In this document: positions 1-10,099 of the stretch, piece by piece
Layout of the letters: each line of letters starts with the position of its first letter
Position numbering within the stretch: the stretch's first letter is position 1
NCBI RefSeq assembly: GCF_000143415.4
Contig: NW_003314280.1
Coordinates: forward strand, 620,001-684,000
Origin: Selaginella moellendorffii
Taxonomy: Eukaryota > Plantae > Lycopodiophyta
Reading direction: 5' to 3'
DNA length: 64,000 nucleotides
The notes under the pieces: generated by a model
What the model saw: only the letters and a program-made list of their open reading frames with translations
Databases searched by the model: none
Told to the model about the DNA's origin: nothing
Program-made: the position numbers and the translations under genes

Positions 1-19
1 TTAGCAGGCGGCCACGCTG

Positions 20-2165
20 GTGTCGGCGCTGAAGGTATGTGGCGGCACAAGGGATTTGCGCAAGGGCAAGGCGATCCAAGCCCAGGCGGCGGAGAGGAAA
101 CAGCTGGGGATCCATGTTGCGAATGCGCTGGTGGACATGTACGCGAAAAGCGGCAGGATGGAGGATTCCCACCGCATTCTTCACCCAAACGTGACGTCCT
201 GGAACGTTCTGATGCTGGGCTACGTCACGAGCCATGTGGCTCTGGATCTCTTCGAGAGGATGCAAGCCAGGCAGTCGGGCTGCAAGCCAAACTCCAGGAG
301 CTTCATGGCCGCGGTGAAGGCTTGTAGCAGCCTCGCGGCAAAGGAAGACACTGTTTTTTGGTCGATGGGAAGCTCGTCAAGGAGGCTAGTCTCGAGACCA
401 GCAGAGGCATCCATTCTCAAGCCAAGCAGATGGGACCGTCTTGCAGCGAAGACGTTTTCCTCTCGAGCTCGCTAATCGATATGTACTCCAAGTGCGGCAT
501 CATGCTCGATGCTCGATCGGTCTTCGATGAGATGCCACGGCGAGGGAATGCTTTGATACTGGGCTACGTAGAGAATGGAGAAAGCGAGGTCGCTCTCGAG
601 TTCTTTGGGAAGATGGGACTGCTCGCGGACTTTCGTTGCTGCTGCCAAGGCCTGTGCGAATCTAGCAGTGAAAGAGGAGGCCACTAAAAAGATGGAAAGA
701 TGGTGAAGACGAAGAGCCCGGAGAGGGGCTCGCTGTTCACGATGGAGCTGTGAAAAGCCACTGCTGTGGAGATATCTTCGTGGGGAGCAGCCTCGTGGAC
801 ATGTACTCAAAGTGTGGGCGTGGTGACGCGCGGATGGTTTTCGAGAGCATGCCTCGTCGCGATGTCGTGCTCAGAACGAGCTTGATACAGACAACGGGGA
901 AAGCGAGCTGGCTCTCGTGTTCTTCGAAGCTATCCGGGTGCTGTCCAAACTCTCGAACGTATGTTGCTGCGCTTGCCACCTGTGCGAGATCGGCAATGCG
1001 AGAAGAAGCGGTGGATGTCGACGGGAAACTCGTGAAGAGAAAGAGCTTGGAAACTGGGGTGGCTATCCATGGTGAAGCTTCAAACAACAGGTGCTGCGAG
1101 GATGTGTTCGTGGGGAACACACTGATCGATATGTACGCGAAGTGTGGGAAGCTAGAGGAAGCTCGCAAGGCATGGCTGGCCGAGACGTGGTTTCGTGGAA
1201 CACAACGATCTAGGGATCTGCTGGAAGTGGAGACAGCAAGATGGCCTTGGAGCTGGTCTTCGGCATGGCTTGGGAGAACGATCCGGACGAGAGAACGTTT
1301 GTTGCTGCGCTCATGGCCTGCGTCCACCTTTCAGCGTCCGAACAACCTGTTCCGCGGGAAGATAGAAAGCTACTGCGAATCCAGAGTCTAGAAAAGGGGA
1401 TGCAGATTCATTCTCTTGCCGCGAAGTTTGAATGCTGCCAGTTGGAGCAGCTTAGTGGACATGTATGCCAAGTATGGAGATATGGTGAAAGCTCGAGCAG
1501 CTTTCAAAGGCATCCCTAGCCGGGACGTTGTTGGTTGGACGAGCTTGATCCAGGATATGTAGACAACGGTGAGAGTGAGCTTGGGCTGGAACTCTTGGAG
1601 AGCATGGACTGTGCTCCAAACTCTCAGACTCTTGTAGTGAGACTTACGGCCTGTGGGAACGTTGGGTCCAGTGAAGCTGGAAGGAAAATCCAGGCTGAGC
1701 TTTACAGCGTGGGCTGGAAGACGACCATGTTGTGGGGAAGTGCATGGTAAACTTCTACGGAAGTGCGGAATTATGAGCACTTGTTTGGATCTCTGGCAGT
1801 CCGAGATATCGTCGCCTGGAATGCACTGATCACAGGATTCGGCCGGGAGAAGATGGTGTGCGATCACGTTTGTCTCGCTCATCACTGCTTGCAGCCACGG
1901 CGACCTGGTTGAACGAGGCAGGGAGTTTTTCCAGGCAATGGACCCGGACTCTGGTATTGTTTGCGGGATTCATCACTACAGCAGCTTGGTGGATCTCTTC
2001 GGGCGTGCAAACCGACTGGAAGAGGCAGTGACAGTCCTCGAGAGCATGCCTTTGAGAGCGGACGCTGTGGTTTGGAGGAGCGTCCTCGGGGCCTGCCGCA
2101 AGTGGAAGGACGTGGAAGTGGGGAGGATCGCGTTCGAGGCACTGACGAAGATCGACGGGACAGAC
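20..2165 (+). pseudogene. Frameshifted PLS-class PPR gene, 5' part; interrupted in its E domain by the copia element
   Basis: PPR motifs (ANALVDMYAKSG, SSLIDMYSKCG, NTLIDMYAKCG, HYSSLVDLFGRANRLEEA, VVWRSVLGACRKW) are scattered over all three + frames with stops and frameshifts. The gene may begin before the window. Confidence 0.9.
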
Positions 2166-2305
2166 TGTGGTATTATGAAACGGTGTTGTGTTATTATTAT
2201 GACGGTTGATACATGGTTAAATGTATGGGTTTATCGTGACGATCCGTGGCGGCGTCTGGATCGCTCATGTGGCTGTGTGCTGACGTGGTCTTGTTCACTC
2301 CCACA
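2166..2305 (-). repeat. 3' LTR of copia element
   Basis: 139/140 identical to 6801-6940 (T2268 vs C6903). Preceded on the - strand by the polypurine tract GAGGAGGAG (2306-2314). Confidence 0.97.
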
Positions 2306-2842
2306 CTCCTCCTCAAGGCCAACGTCTAAAGTCAGCCCAAGTGCCTTCGTGAAGACTTCATGTTTAACACGAGGAAGTGGTTTTGTTAGCACGTCCGCTA
2401 GCATGGAGTTTGTCGGGCAGAACTCCAGCTCGATCATTCCTCTCTGGATCTGCTCTCGTATGAAATGGAAGCGCAGCTCAATGTGTTTAGTACGAGAGTG
2501 GAACCTGGAGTTCTTGGTCAAAGCTATTGCAGACTGGTTGTCACACAATAGCTTGACCACGCCCGTGTTGATTTGTAGATCCTGGAGAAGTCCCTTCAGC
2601 CACGCTGCTTCCTTGATTGCAGCTGCTGCAGCTATGTACTCAGCCTCAGTACTCGACATCGCTGTAATAGCCTGTCGTTTGCTGCACCAGCTTGCGACAT
2701 TTCCATTTAGCAGGAAAACGTAGCCTGTGGTTGACTTCCTGTTGTCTGGATCCCCGGCCCAATCAGCATCAGAGTAACCAGCCAGCTTATTGCCGCTCTC
2801 GCCTCTGGAGTACTTTAAAGTTAGCTGGTTAGTCCCTGCCAT
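2231..2842 (-). CDS. Copia RNase H segment (out of frame with upstream pol)
   Basis: [46 protein letters not shown]. Confidence 0.93.
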   Translation of the reverse strand: MAGTNQLTLKYSRGESGNKLAGYSDADWAGDPDNRKSTTGYVFLLNGNVASWCSKRQAITAMSSTEAEYIAAAAAIKEAAWLKGLLQDLQINTGVVKLLCDNQSAIALTKNSRFHSRTKHIELRFHFIREQIQRGMIELEFCPTNSMLADVLTKPLPRVKHEVFTKALGLTLDVGLEEECGSEQDHVSTQPHERSRRRHGSSR

Positions 2843-5800
2843 ACCTCATAATACGTTTCAAAGCCTGCCAGTGTGCTGTGGAGGGACGGTCCAGGTACTT
2901 CGCCACTGTTCCCACAGCATACGCAAGGTCAGGCCGAGTGGAGATTACCAGGTAGATCAGGCTGCCGACCATAGAGCGATAGACTGCTCTAGATGCTTTC
3001 CCCTCCTCGGGAGATTGATCAAGGTACTCTCCACTCTCAGCAGATAATTTCGTGCCTGTTTCCATGGGAGTAGCAACCGGATTAACATGAGCAAGGCCAT
3101 ACCTCTGGAGCACGTCGGAAACATATTTTGCCTGGCTTAGCTCCAGAGTGCCTCGTTCCCTGTTGCGCGTCACCTGGATACCGAGGCAGAAATGCAACTC
3201 ACCGAGGTCTTTCATGGCAAATTTAGCGCCAAGGTACGTTTTAAATTTGTGGATCAAACGTAGCTGATTTGCCACGAGAATAGCATCGTCCACATATAGC
3301 GCAAGGAACAAATAGCCCTCAGCGTCAAAATATATGTAGAGGTTACAATCAGCAGCACTGCGCACGAAACCAAGGGAAATTAGAAAAGAATCTATTTTCG
3401 TGTACCATTGGCGTGGCGACTGCTTGAGTCCGTAGAGAGCTTTGTGAAGCTTGCAAACGAGGTGTTCTTCTCCAGGCATACCAGGAGGCTGAGCCACATA
3501 CACCTCTTCATCGATGTCGCCGTTAAGGAACGCAGTACAAACGTCAAGTTGATGGAGCTCGAGATCCAATTCTGCAGCTAGGATTAGTAGCATACGAATG
3601 GTTGTGAGTTTCACCACAGGGCTGTAAGTCTCCGAGTAGTCCAGCCCATGAACTTGAGAAAATCCGCGTGCCACAAATCTCGCCTTGTAGCGCTCAATGC
3701 TTCCATCAGCGTTGTACTTTTTCTTAAACAACCACTTGGATGAGACGAGCTTTCTGCGAGCTGGAAGTTCAACCAGCGACCAAGTGTTGTTTTTCTGGAG
3801 AGAATCATACTCCTCCTGCATAGCTGCCTGCCAGTGCTCAGCTTCTGGTCCGTGTAAAGCCGCCTGGGGACCGAGAGAGGCAGGTGGAGCCGACAGAGCC
3901 CAGAAGTAGGCACGCTTTCCTATAGGCATCGCCTCCTTGGCTTTGAGAGATGGTTTCACGACACGACCCGAGCGTGTCACCACTGCTGTGCCGGCTGGAG
4001 GAGGTGGTAGCTTGGGAGTGCTGGGAGGAGTGGTGGCATCTTGATATAGCTCGTCGCCAACGAACAGGTCAGCCACAAGCGTGGAAAGATCTGGCTGTTC
4101 ATTGGTGCTTGAGGATGCAGCCGCTGTGGCCTGTGGAGTCATCAGAGGAGGTGTCGAAGGAAGAGAAGTACCGTGATCAGCTCCTCCTGCCAGATCGCCT
4201 CCTTCGGGCGCTCCTTCAGCAACTCCTCCTGGCTCTGCAGCGGCTGGATTGTCTGGTGCTGGGTGGAGATGTGGAACGTCGTCCAAAATCTCAGAAAGAT
4301 CCACCAGAGATGGTGGAGAAACAGGAGGGAGTCTCAGGGTATCTCGATAAAGATGAGCTTCATCAAACACCACATCTCGGCTCACCACCAGTTTCCTGCG
4401 CTGGCAGTTATAGAGTCGATAGGCTTTTACCTGGGTGTGATAGCCCATGAAGATGCATTTCTCGCTCTTGGGATCCAGCTTCCGCCGCTGAACATCGGGG
4501 ATGTGGGCGTAGGCTATGCAACCGAACACCCTCAGGTGCCCTAATTTGGGGCGCTTCCCTGTCCATACTTGAAACGGCACCTGTCCTGTGGAACGTGTTG
4601 GCAGCCGGTTCCGGAGGTACACTGCTGTGTTGAGTGCCTCTCCCCAAAACACCTTGGGCATGCCAGCGTGCTGGAGAAGGCAGCGTACACAGTCCATAAG
4701 TGTCCTGTTCAGGCGCTCGGCGACCCCATTCTGCTGCGAGGTGTGGGCTGCGGTGTACTCGTGGTGGATGCCAGCCTGAGCAAGAAATGCCAGAAACTCC
4801 TTGCTCATATACTCACCGCCGCCATCTGAACGTAGTGTCTGGATGGTACAGCCAGTGGCATTTTCTGCCCAGCTTTTGTAGACCTGGAAGTGATGGTAGA
4901 CCTCTCCCTTGTGTGCCATGAGAACAGCCACCGCATAGCGTGAGTAGTCGTCAATGAACGAAACGAAGTACCGCTTGTGACTGAGAGTTGCTTCTGACAC
5001 ATGGCACACATCCGTGTGTACCAACTGAAGAAATCCTGAGGCGCCATCTTCTGGATTTCTGCGTGGAAAGGGTAGTCGTGGCTGCTTCCCCAGTTGGCAT
5101 GTCTCACATACTCCCAGTTGGCCGGCACTGGTGAAGGTAAAGTCATCAGCAAGCTTGTGGCTAACAAGTAGCTGGATGTCGTGAGAATTAGCATGCCCTA
5201 GCCAAACGTGCCAAAGCTGGAGAGAGTTAGCAGCCCAAGAGCTAAGGCGAATTGCAAGCAAATGCCCCTGCTCGTGAGTTGAGAGGATCAACTGAGCATT
5301 GAGGTTGTAGAGAGTCTCAGCTCGTCTACCAAAAGCTACTGGATGGCCAGTCTCATCAAAGATGGTGCATCCGTCTGCATTGAAGAGTGTTGAGAAGCCT
5401 TGATCTGCTGCTACACCAACTGAGAACACTGTCTGTCCTGCTTCTGGTACGTAGTAGACCTGGTTCACGAGCTTCTCAGCTCCACTCTCCAACTTTATGA
5501 TGACCGTTCCTTGTCCTTCCACTGTTAAGGGGCGTTTGTCTCCTACAAAGACTTGCTTCTCCTGCTCCAGTGGCTGGTACTTGTGAAAAGCTCTCTTCAA
5601 TGGTGTGAGGTGCATCGAGGCTCCAGAATCCATCCAGAGCAGTTCGGCTTCGGACACAGATGCAGCGAGCGTCATCATCAACATCGTGTCAGGTTGGCGT
5701 GAAGAAGAGCTTCTTTCAGCGCGAGCTTTCTCTGCGGCTTTCTTGATCCGGCATTCACGCTCCACGTGACCAGCTTTGCCGCAGTAGTTACATGGGCCCT

Positions 5801-6539
5801 TGCGTTTTTTATTGGTTGCAAATCCAGGGCTGGGAGAAGGGCTCTTTTGTCCTCGAACAGGGCCATCTCGTTTCTTCCCATCCGATTGCTTTCCCATGAT
5901 CAAGGCCGGCTCCACCCGAGCAGCCTGAGAGGGTGCCTTTTGTCTCCGCTCGTTCTGCTTTCGTTCTTCCTCGATCAGGTCCGAGTAGAGCGAGTCCAAG
6001 TCCTTTCCAGGCACAGCCGAGAGCATCGATGCGAAAGGTTGGAGATCAGGGGAGACAGAGCTCAGAAGGAATGCCTTAGCTTGATCGATGGTGATTGCCG
6101 CTTCCGCGTCCTTCAGCTCGGTGATCATCGCTTTAAACTTTCCAATGTAAGTGGCCATGGTGTCATCAGGTTGCATTCTCATCGTGAAGAACCTTTGTGT
6201 TAGCACCACCTTAGCATTGGCAGCTTTGGCAGCGAAGATTTGTGTAAGGGATGTCCAGTTCTGGTGGGCTGTTTTGGTAAGATCAAGGAGATGAACGAAT
6301 TCATCCCCAAGACCTAACCCGATGACAAAGAGCGCTTTTCGATTCTTGGAGTCCCAGTCGAGCCGTTGGGTTACATCCGCAGCAGCCGGACGTTGAGTCG
6401 TTCCATCCACTATAGGCCAGCAGTCCTTGGCCAAACGGATAAGCTGTACTTTTGTTTTCCAAGTGGAGAAATTCTGTCCCGTGAACTTTTGGAGAAGTTT
6501 CTCCCAGCCCCCAGAGTCCCAAGAATTTCCAGAAGACAT
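2829..6539 (-). CDS. Copia gag-pol polyprotein (gag, protease, integrase, RT); frameshifted before RNase H
   Basis: Zn knuckle [14 protein letters not shown]; protease WMDSGAS; integrase [28 protein letters not shown]; RT LYVDDA. Confidence 0.96.
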   Translation of the reverse strand: MSSGNSWDSGGWEKLLQKFTGQNFSTWKTKVQLIRLAKDCWPIVDGTTQRPAAADVTQRLDWDSKNRKALFVIGLGLGDEFVHLLDLTKTAHQNWTSLTQIFAAKAANAKVVLTQRFFTMRMQPDDTMATYIGKFKAMITELKDAEAAITIDQAKAFLLSSVSPDLQPFASMLSAVPGKDLDSLYSDLIEEERKQNERRQKAPSQAARVEPALIMGKQSDGKKRDGPVRGQKSPSPSPGFATNKKRKGPCNYCGKAGHVERECRIKKAAEKARAERSSSSRQPDTMLMMTLAASVSEAELLWMDSGASMHLTPLKRAFHKYQPLEQEKQVFVGDKRPLTVEGQGTVIIKLESGAEKLVNQVYYVPEAGQTVFSVGVAADQGFSTLFNADGCTIFDETGHPVAFGRRAETLYNLNAQLILSTHEQGHLLAIRLSSWAANSLQLWHVWLGHANSHDIQLLVSHKLADDFTFTSAGQLGVCETCQLGKQPRLPFPRRNPEDGASGFLQLVHTDVCHVSEATLSHKRYFVSFIDDYSRYAVAVLMAHKGEVYHHFQVYKSWAENATGCTIQTLRSDGGGEYMSKEFLAFLAQAGIHHEYTAAHTSQQNGVAERLNRTLMDCVRCLLQHAGMPKVFWGEALNTAVYLRNRLPTRSTGQVPFQVWTGKRPKLGHLRVFGCIAYAHIPDVQRRKLDPKSEKCIFMGYHTQVKAYRLYNCQRRKLVVSRDVVFDEAHLYRDTLRLPPVSPPSLVDLSEILDDVPHLHPAPDNPAAAEPGGVAEGAPEGGDLAGGADHGTSLPSTPPLMTPQATAAASSSTNEQPDLSTLVADLFVGDELYQDATTPPSTPKLPPPPAGTAVVTRSGRVVKPSLKAKEAMPIGKRAYFWALSAPPASLGPQAALHGPEAEHWQAAMQEEYDSLQKNNTWSLVELPARRKLVSSKWLFKKKYNADGSIERYKARFVARGFSQVHGLDYSETYSPVVKLTTIRMLLILAAELDLELHQLDVCTAFLNGDIDEEVYVAQPPGMPGEEHLVCKLHKALYGLKQSPRQWYTKIDSFLISLGFVRSAADCNLYIYFDAEGYLFLALYVDDAILVANQLRLIHKFKTYLGAKFAMKDLGELHFCLGIQVTRNRERGTLELSQAKYVSDVLQRYGLAHVNPVATPMETGTKLSAESGEYLDQSPEEGKASRAVYRSMVGSLIYLVISTRPDLAYAVGTVAKYLDRPSTAHWQALKRIMRYGRD

Positions 6540-6788
6540 TCTATCTATTAATCTAAGAATAGATTAAACAGAGAATTTAGAAAGGACGGCGTGGAGAAGA
6601 ATCGTGAAAAACTCGGCCGCAACAAGGGCACACCTTCCGGCAGGCTGGGCAAAGAGCTTGTTGGCGCTTTCGCTCCTGGATCTTCCGCTCCACCCACGCC
6701 AGCACTGCCAAAGCGCTCCTGAGCCAAGGGTTCCTGGCCCCTTTGATTCTTCATCTGCCACTGTCCTCTTGCCATTAGATCGTTCGCT

Positions 6789-6800
6789 GCTCCGATACCA
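6789..6800 (-). other. Primer binding site for initiator tRNA-Met
   Basis: TGGTATCGGAGC lies directly after the 5' LTR, one mismatch from the canonical TGGTATCAGAGC. Confidence 0.9.
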
Positions 6801-6940
6801 TGTGGTATTATGAAACGGTGTTGTGTTATTATTATGACGGTTGATACATGGTTAAATGTATGGGTTTATCGTGACGATCCGTGGCGGCGTCTGGATCGCT
6901 CACGTGGCTGTGTGCTGACGTGGTCTTGTTCACTCCCACA
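6801..6940 (-). repeat. 5' LTR of copia element
   Basis: Direct repeat of 2166-2305, followed on the - strand by the PBS. Confidence 0.97.
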
Positions 6941-6945
6941 CAGAC

Positions 6946-6984
6946 TCGGCTGCGTACGTTCTGATGGCAATCGCTCGATGGTGA
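6946..6984 (+). pseudogene. 3' end of the PPR gene split by the copia insertion
   Basis: Removing the element and one target-duplication copy gives in-frame EALTKIDGTD-SAAYVLMAIARW*, an E-domain-like motif. Confidence 0.85.
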
Positions 6985-6988
6985 TGGA

Positions 6989-9091
6989 TTACGCGAGGAA
7001 GGACTGCAGCGGCATGGATGAGCGGTATAAAGTAAAGAAGAAGGTCCATAAGAAAGCACAGAGAAAGGCTGCCATGAAGATGGCGACGCTGACAAGTGTT
7101 GTCACGTCTCTTTGGTCATGTTCGCTACCACCTTGTCCGTCTCTTCTAGGCCTATGCGGCAGCGTAGCAGTGCTCGAACAGGTGTTGGTCAGTGGCAAGC
7201 CAGAGAGCTGGTTCCCAGCGAAGAGAGCCGCGTCCATGGACGAGAGTTGCGGGCTGTCAGGTATCCGTCCCACTAGGCTGTTGTTGGAGACGTCGAAGGT
7301 TGTGAGAAACGAGAGGTCCGCCACGGACGATGGTATGGAGCCATTGAGACGATTGCCCGCGAGCCACACCTTGGAGAGATTCCTTGCCTTCCCCAGGGAC
7401 TCGGGAATGGGACCTGTTAGCTGGTTGTGGCTCAGGTCCAGCAGTTGAAGATTGTAGAGGTCGCCAATGGCCGTCGGAATGCTTCCAGTCAGCTGGTTAG
7501 AGGAGAAGTTTATGGATGTCGGGCAGGCAAAGCTGCTGTAGACGAGTCCTAGCATTTTAATGTCCAGCAGAAGCAGTTTGCTCTTGTGGTAAAGCTGGAC
7601 GTTGGCAAACAGTCGGCCAATGCTTGCCGGCATCTCTCCCGAGAGCCTGTTATACGAGAAATCCATCTCTCGTAAGTTCGTGAGCCGGGGAAGCCAGTCC
7701 GGGACGGAGCCACTGAAGCCGCTGTTCGAGAGGAAGAGGAACTGCAAAGTCGAGACGTTTTGCAGCATCGCGGGGACTTCTCCAGAGAGGTTGTTCGAGC
7801 TAACGCTGAGGTAGATCAGCGAGCTCATCTTGCCGTAGGAGGCCGGGATGGAACCGACGAGATCATTGCTGTAAAGCGACAGATAGCGCAGGCGGCTCAA
7901 ATTTCCAAAGCTGTCAGGGATATTTCCAGAGAACTTGTTCCGCTTCAGTGAGAGATGGACGAGCTCCGTGCAGTTGGAGAGTCCGGAAGGGAGCTCCCCA
8001 CCGATGTCGTTGTAGTTGAGAACTAGCTGCTGGAGATGCGAGAGCTTCGAGAGCTCGCCTGGGATGGTTCCAGTCAAGTCATTGCTGTCGAGCAAGATCT
8101 GTCTGATGTTCGAGCAGTTCCCAAACTCCGGAGGTATGGCGCCACTGAAACGATTCCCCGTGAGAACCAGCAGCCTCAAGTTCCTCAAGCTTCCCACCTT
8201 CACTGGAATCGTCCCGTTAAACAAGTTTTGCCAGAGGTGCAAAGTCTCGATGCTCGCAAAGTCGCCATCTTCCAGCTCCAGCGGCCCGGAGAGAGAGTTG
8301 TATCCAGCGCTTAAATCCGCGAGCTTGCGTAGCCTTCGCAAGCTCGGTGGCAAACCACCCTGGAGCGAATTGTTGGAAATATCCAAGTACCTGAGCTCCA
8401 AGTTCTTGCTCCAGATATCGGGTAGATCTCCACTAAACCTGTTATACGATATGTCCAGGCGCGTCAAATTCGTCATCTCCCCGAAAGTCTCTGGAATGGA
8501 GCCGCTGAGTCCGTTGTGCGATAGGTCCAGTACCTCCAGTCCCAGGTTACCACCGATGGAAACGCTCGCAGTCAAGTTGTTGATGGACAGGTTGAGCGAT
8601 CGCAGCGTCGAGCTAAACTTTGGAACTCCGGCCATTGATAAGAAGTTCGCACTGAGGTCCAGGCTTTCCAAACTCTGGAGGCTGGAGATATTACCCGGGA
8701 ACTCTCGCAGAGAATTGGAGCTCAAGTTGAGGAGGTTGAGCTGCGTGTTCTTGCAACCAGTGACTTCTAGCGAGGAGATGCCGTTTTGCGAGAGGTCCAG
8801 GCGAGCCAGCGATGGAAGCTCGTCCCAGATGGCAGGAAGAACTCCCGAGAGATTAAACCTAGCCAGAGCGAGGCCCTCCACTCGGTTGTCCGAGCTCCAC
8901 TCCACACCCCGCCATGCTCTTGGATTGGCGGTCTCGTTCCACACTTTGATGCCAAGCCTGTCACGGAGAGAGAAAAGAACCTGTGTGTCGTTCACGATTG
9001 GGGATGGATTCGTGGGGCACTGTGACCGGGACCTTGTGGGAAAGACGAGTAGGAACAAAGGCAGCAGCAAATCCGTGACAGACATAGCCAA
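6989..9091 (-). CDS. LRR receptor-like protein (RLP, no kinase), 700 aa, intronless
   Basis: Signal peptide, about 20 plant LRRs (LxLSxNxLSGxIP), an island region before the last four LRRs, TM helix VSVAIFMAAFLCAFLWTFFFTLY and a short tail. Confidence 0.93.
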   Translation of the reverse strand: MAMSVTDLLLPLFLLVFPTRSRSQCPTNPSPIVNDTQVLFSLRDRLGIKVWNETANPRAWRGVEWSSDNRVEGLALARFNLSGVLPAIWDELPSLARLDLSQNGISSLEVTGCKNTQLNLLNLSSNSLREFPGNISSLQSLESLDLSANFLSMAGVPKFSSTLRSLNLSINNLTASVSIGGNLGLEVLDLSHNGLSGSIPETFGEMTNLTRLDISYNRFSGDLPDIWSKNLELRYLDISNNSLQGGLPPSLRRLRKLADLSAGYNSLSGPLELEDGDFASIETLHLWQNLFNGTIPVKVGSLRNLRLLVLTGNRFSGAIPPEFGNCSNIRQILLDSNDLTGTIPGELSKLSHLQQLVLNYNDIGGELPSGLSNCTELVHLSLKRNKFSGNIPDSFGNLSRLRYLSLYSNDLVGSIPASYGKMSSLIYLSVSSNNLSGEVPAMLQNVSTLQFLFLSNSGFSGSVPDWLPRLTNLREMDFSYNRLSGEMPASIGRLFANVQLYHKSKLLLLDIKMLGLVYSSFACPTSINFSSNQLTGSIPTAIGDLYNLQLLDLSHNQLTGPIPESLGKARNLSKVWLAGNRLNGSIPSSVADLSFLTTFDVSNNSLVGRIPDSPQLSSMDAALFAGNQLSGLPLTNTCSSTATLPHRPRRDGQGGSEHDQRDVTTLVSVAIFMAAFLCAFLWTFFFTLYRSSMPLQSFLA

Positions 9092-10099
9092 TACTCCTTA
9101 ATCAAACCGATGGATCAGAACATCAAAGAGTGGAAAGATGGGATGGTTCGTTAAGCGCGAACGGGGGCAAGGGTTTTTGTGCTCGGGAGAGGGGGCGCGC
9201 GGCAAAGCGGAGCGCGGACAAGAGGAGCTATCGCCGTGGCTGCTCGAACCATGTAAGTTCCTCGATCGTTTGAGATTTTCTTTTCGCCACAGTTCGACTA
9301 GTTGGACTGATCTTCGAAAAAACAATCCGAATCCTGGACGTGTTGAAACATCAAAGGAAGACAAGTCTAAGGCCATGCTTCGGTATCAATCTTCCATTCG
9401 CAGTCTACTTCCGGGCGTCAAGAGCATGCTTTTGGTATGTTCTTCGACGCCAGACTTTTGCAGTGCAGAGCTATATATGGATATATGTTATATACATATG
9501 ACATATATTAACAATTGCCTAGGGTGGTTGGCAAATTTGGCCATTTCAAAAGGTTTGCTGAGCTTAGTTATGTTTGTTGTTTGATCAACTCCACAATTGA
9601 AAGACATTTTCTTGACTATTTGTAATCACAAAATTGTAATGCATTTACCATACTTGATTGTTGTTTAAACTCCTCAAATTCAGATTTCCTATGCTGGAAT
9701 TTACGAACTCTACCCATGAGCATTACATAAGCTAGATTAGATCACTATTGAGTTGCATTCTTCCATTTTGAACACAAAGAGCCTAAAAAATACTTTCAAG
9801 CCCATCTTTGGTGTAGGTGTTGCTATTTGCTCCACAACCTATTAAATAGGTTCCTGGGATGAGCCAAAAACCATTATACTACAATAAGAGTTGCACTTAG
9901 GAAGCAATAAGATGAAAACTATATCTTTGCCATTAACAGCTTAATAGCACGTTGCCATAACCAAAATGGCACACCACCCAAAGCACACCAGTCAATGCTA
10001 ACTTTGTTGTGGTGTGCACTTGAAACTCACAATTGAAAGCCTTGTATTTGTCAGTCTACTTAAGAATTTCAGCATAAACTATATTCACAATGATTATGT

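Larger units (their letters stand above)
2166..6940 (-). mobile_element. Full-length Ty1/copia LTR retrotransposon (4775 bp)
   Basis: Two 140-bp LTRs (2166-2305, 6801-6940) with TGTGG...CCACA ends; 5-bp target duplication CAGAC at 2161-2165 and 6941-6945; PBS and PPT present; domain order gag-PR-IN-RT-RH. Confidence 0.98.

Noticed and set aside
1938-2723. 261-aa PPR/LTR fusion ORF, and ORF 6810-7448
   Set aside because: Chance read-through across the LTR into antisense sequence.
8016-9101. Long antisense ORFs (361 aa here; also 18960-19922, 20364-21311, 37175-37888, 49364-50551)
   Set aside because: Shadows of GC-rich real genes on the opposite strand, with no motifs of their own.
9297-9540. 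Candidate Helitron 3' ends (ACTAG at 9297; stem at about 9513-9538)
   Set aside because: No convincing hairpin plus CTRR combination, so the termini are left unresolved.
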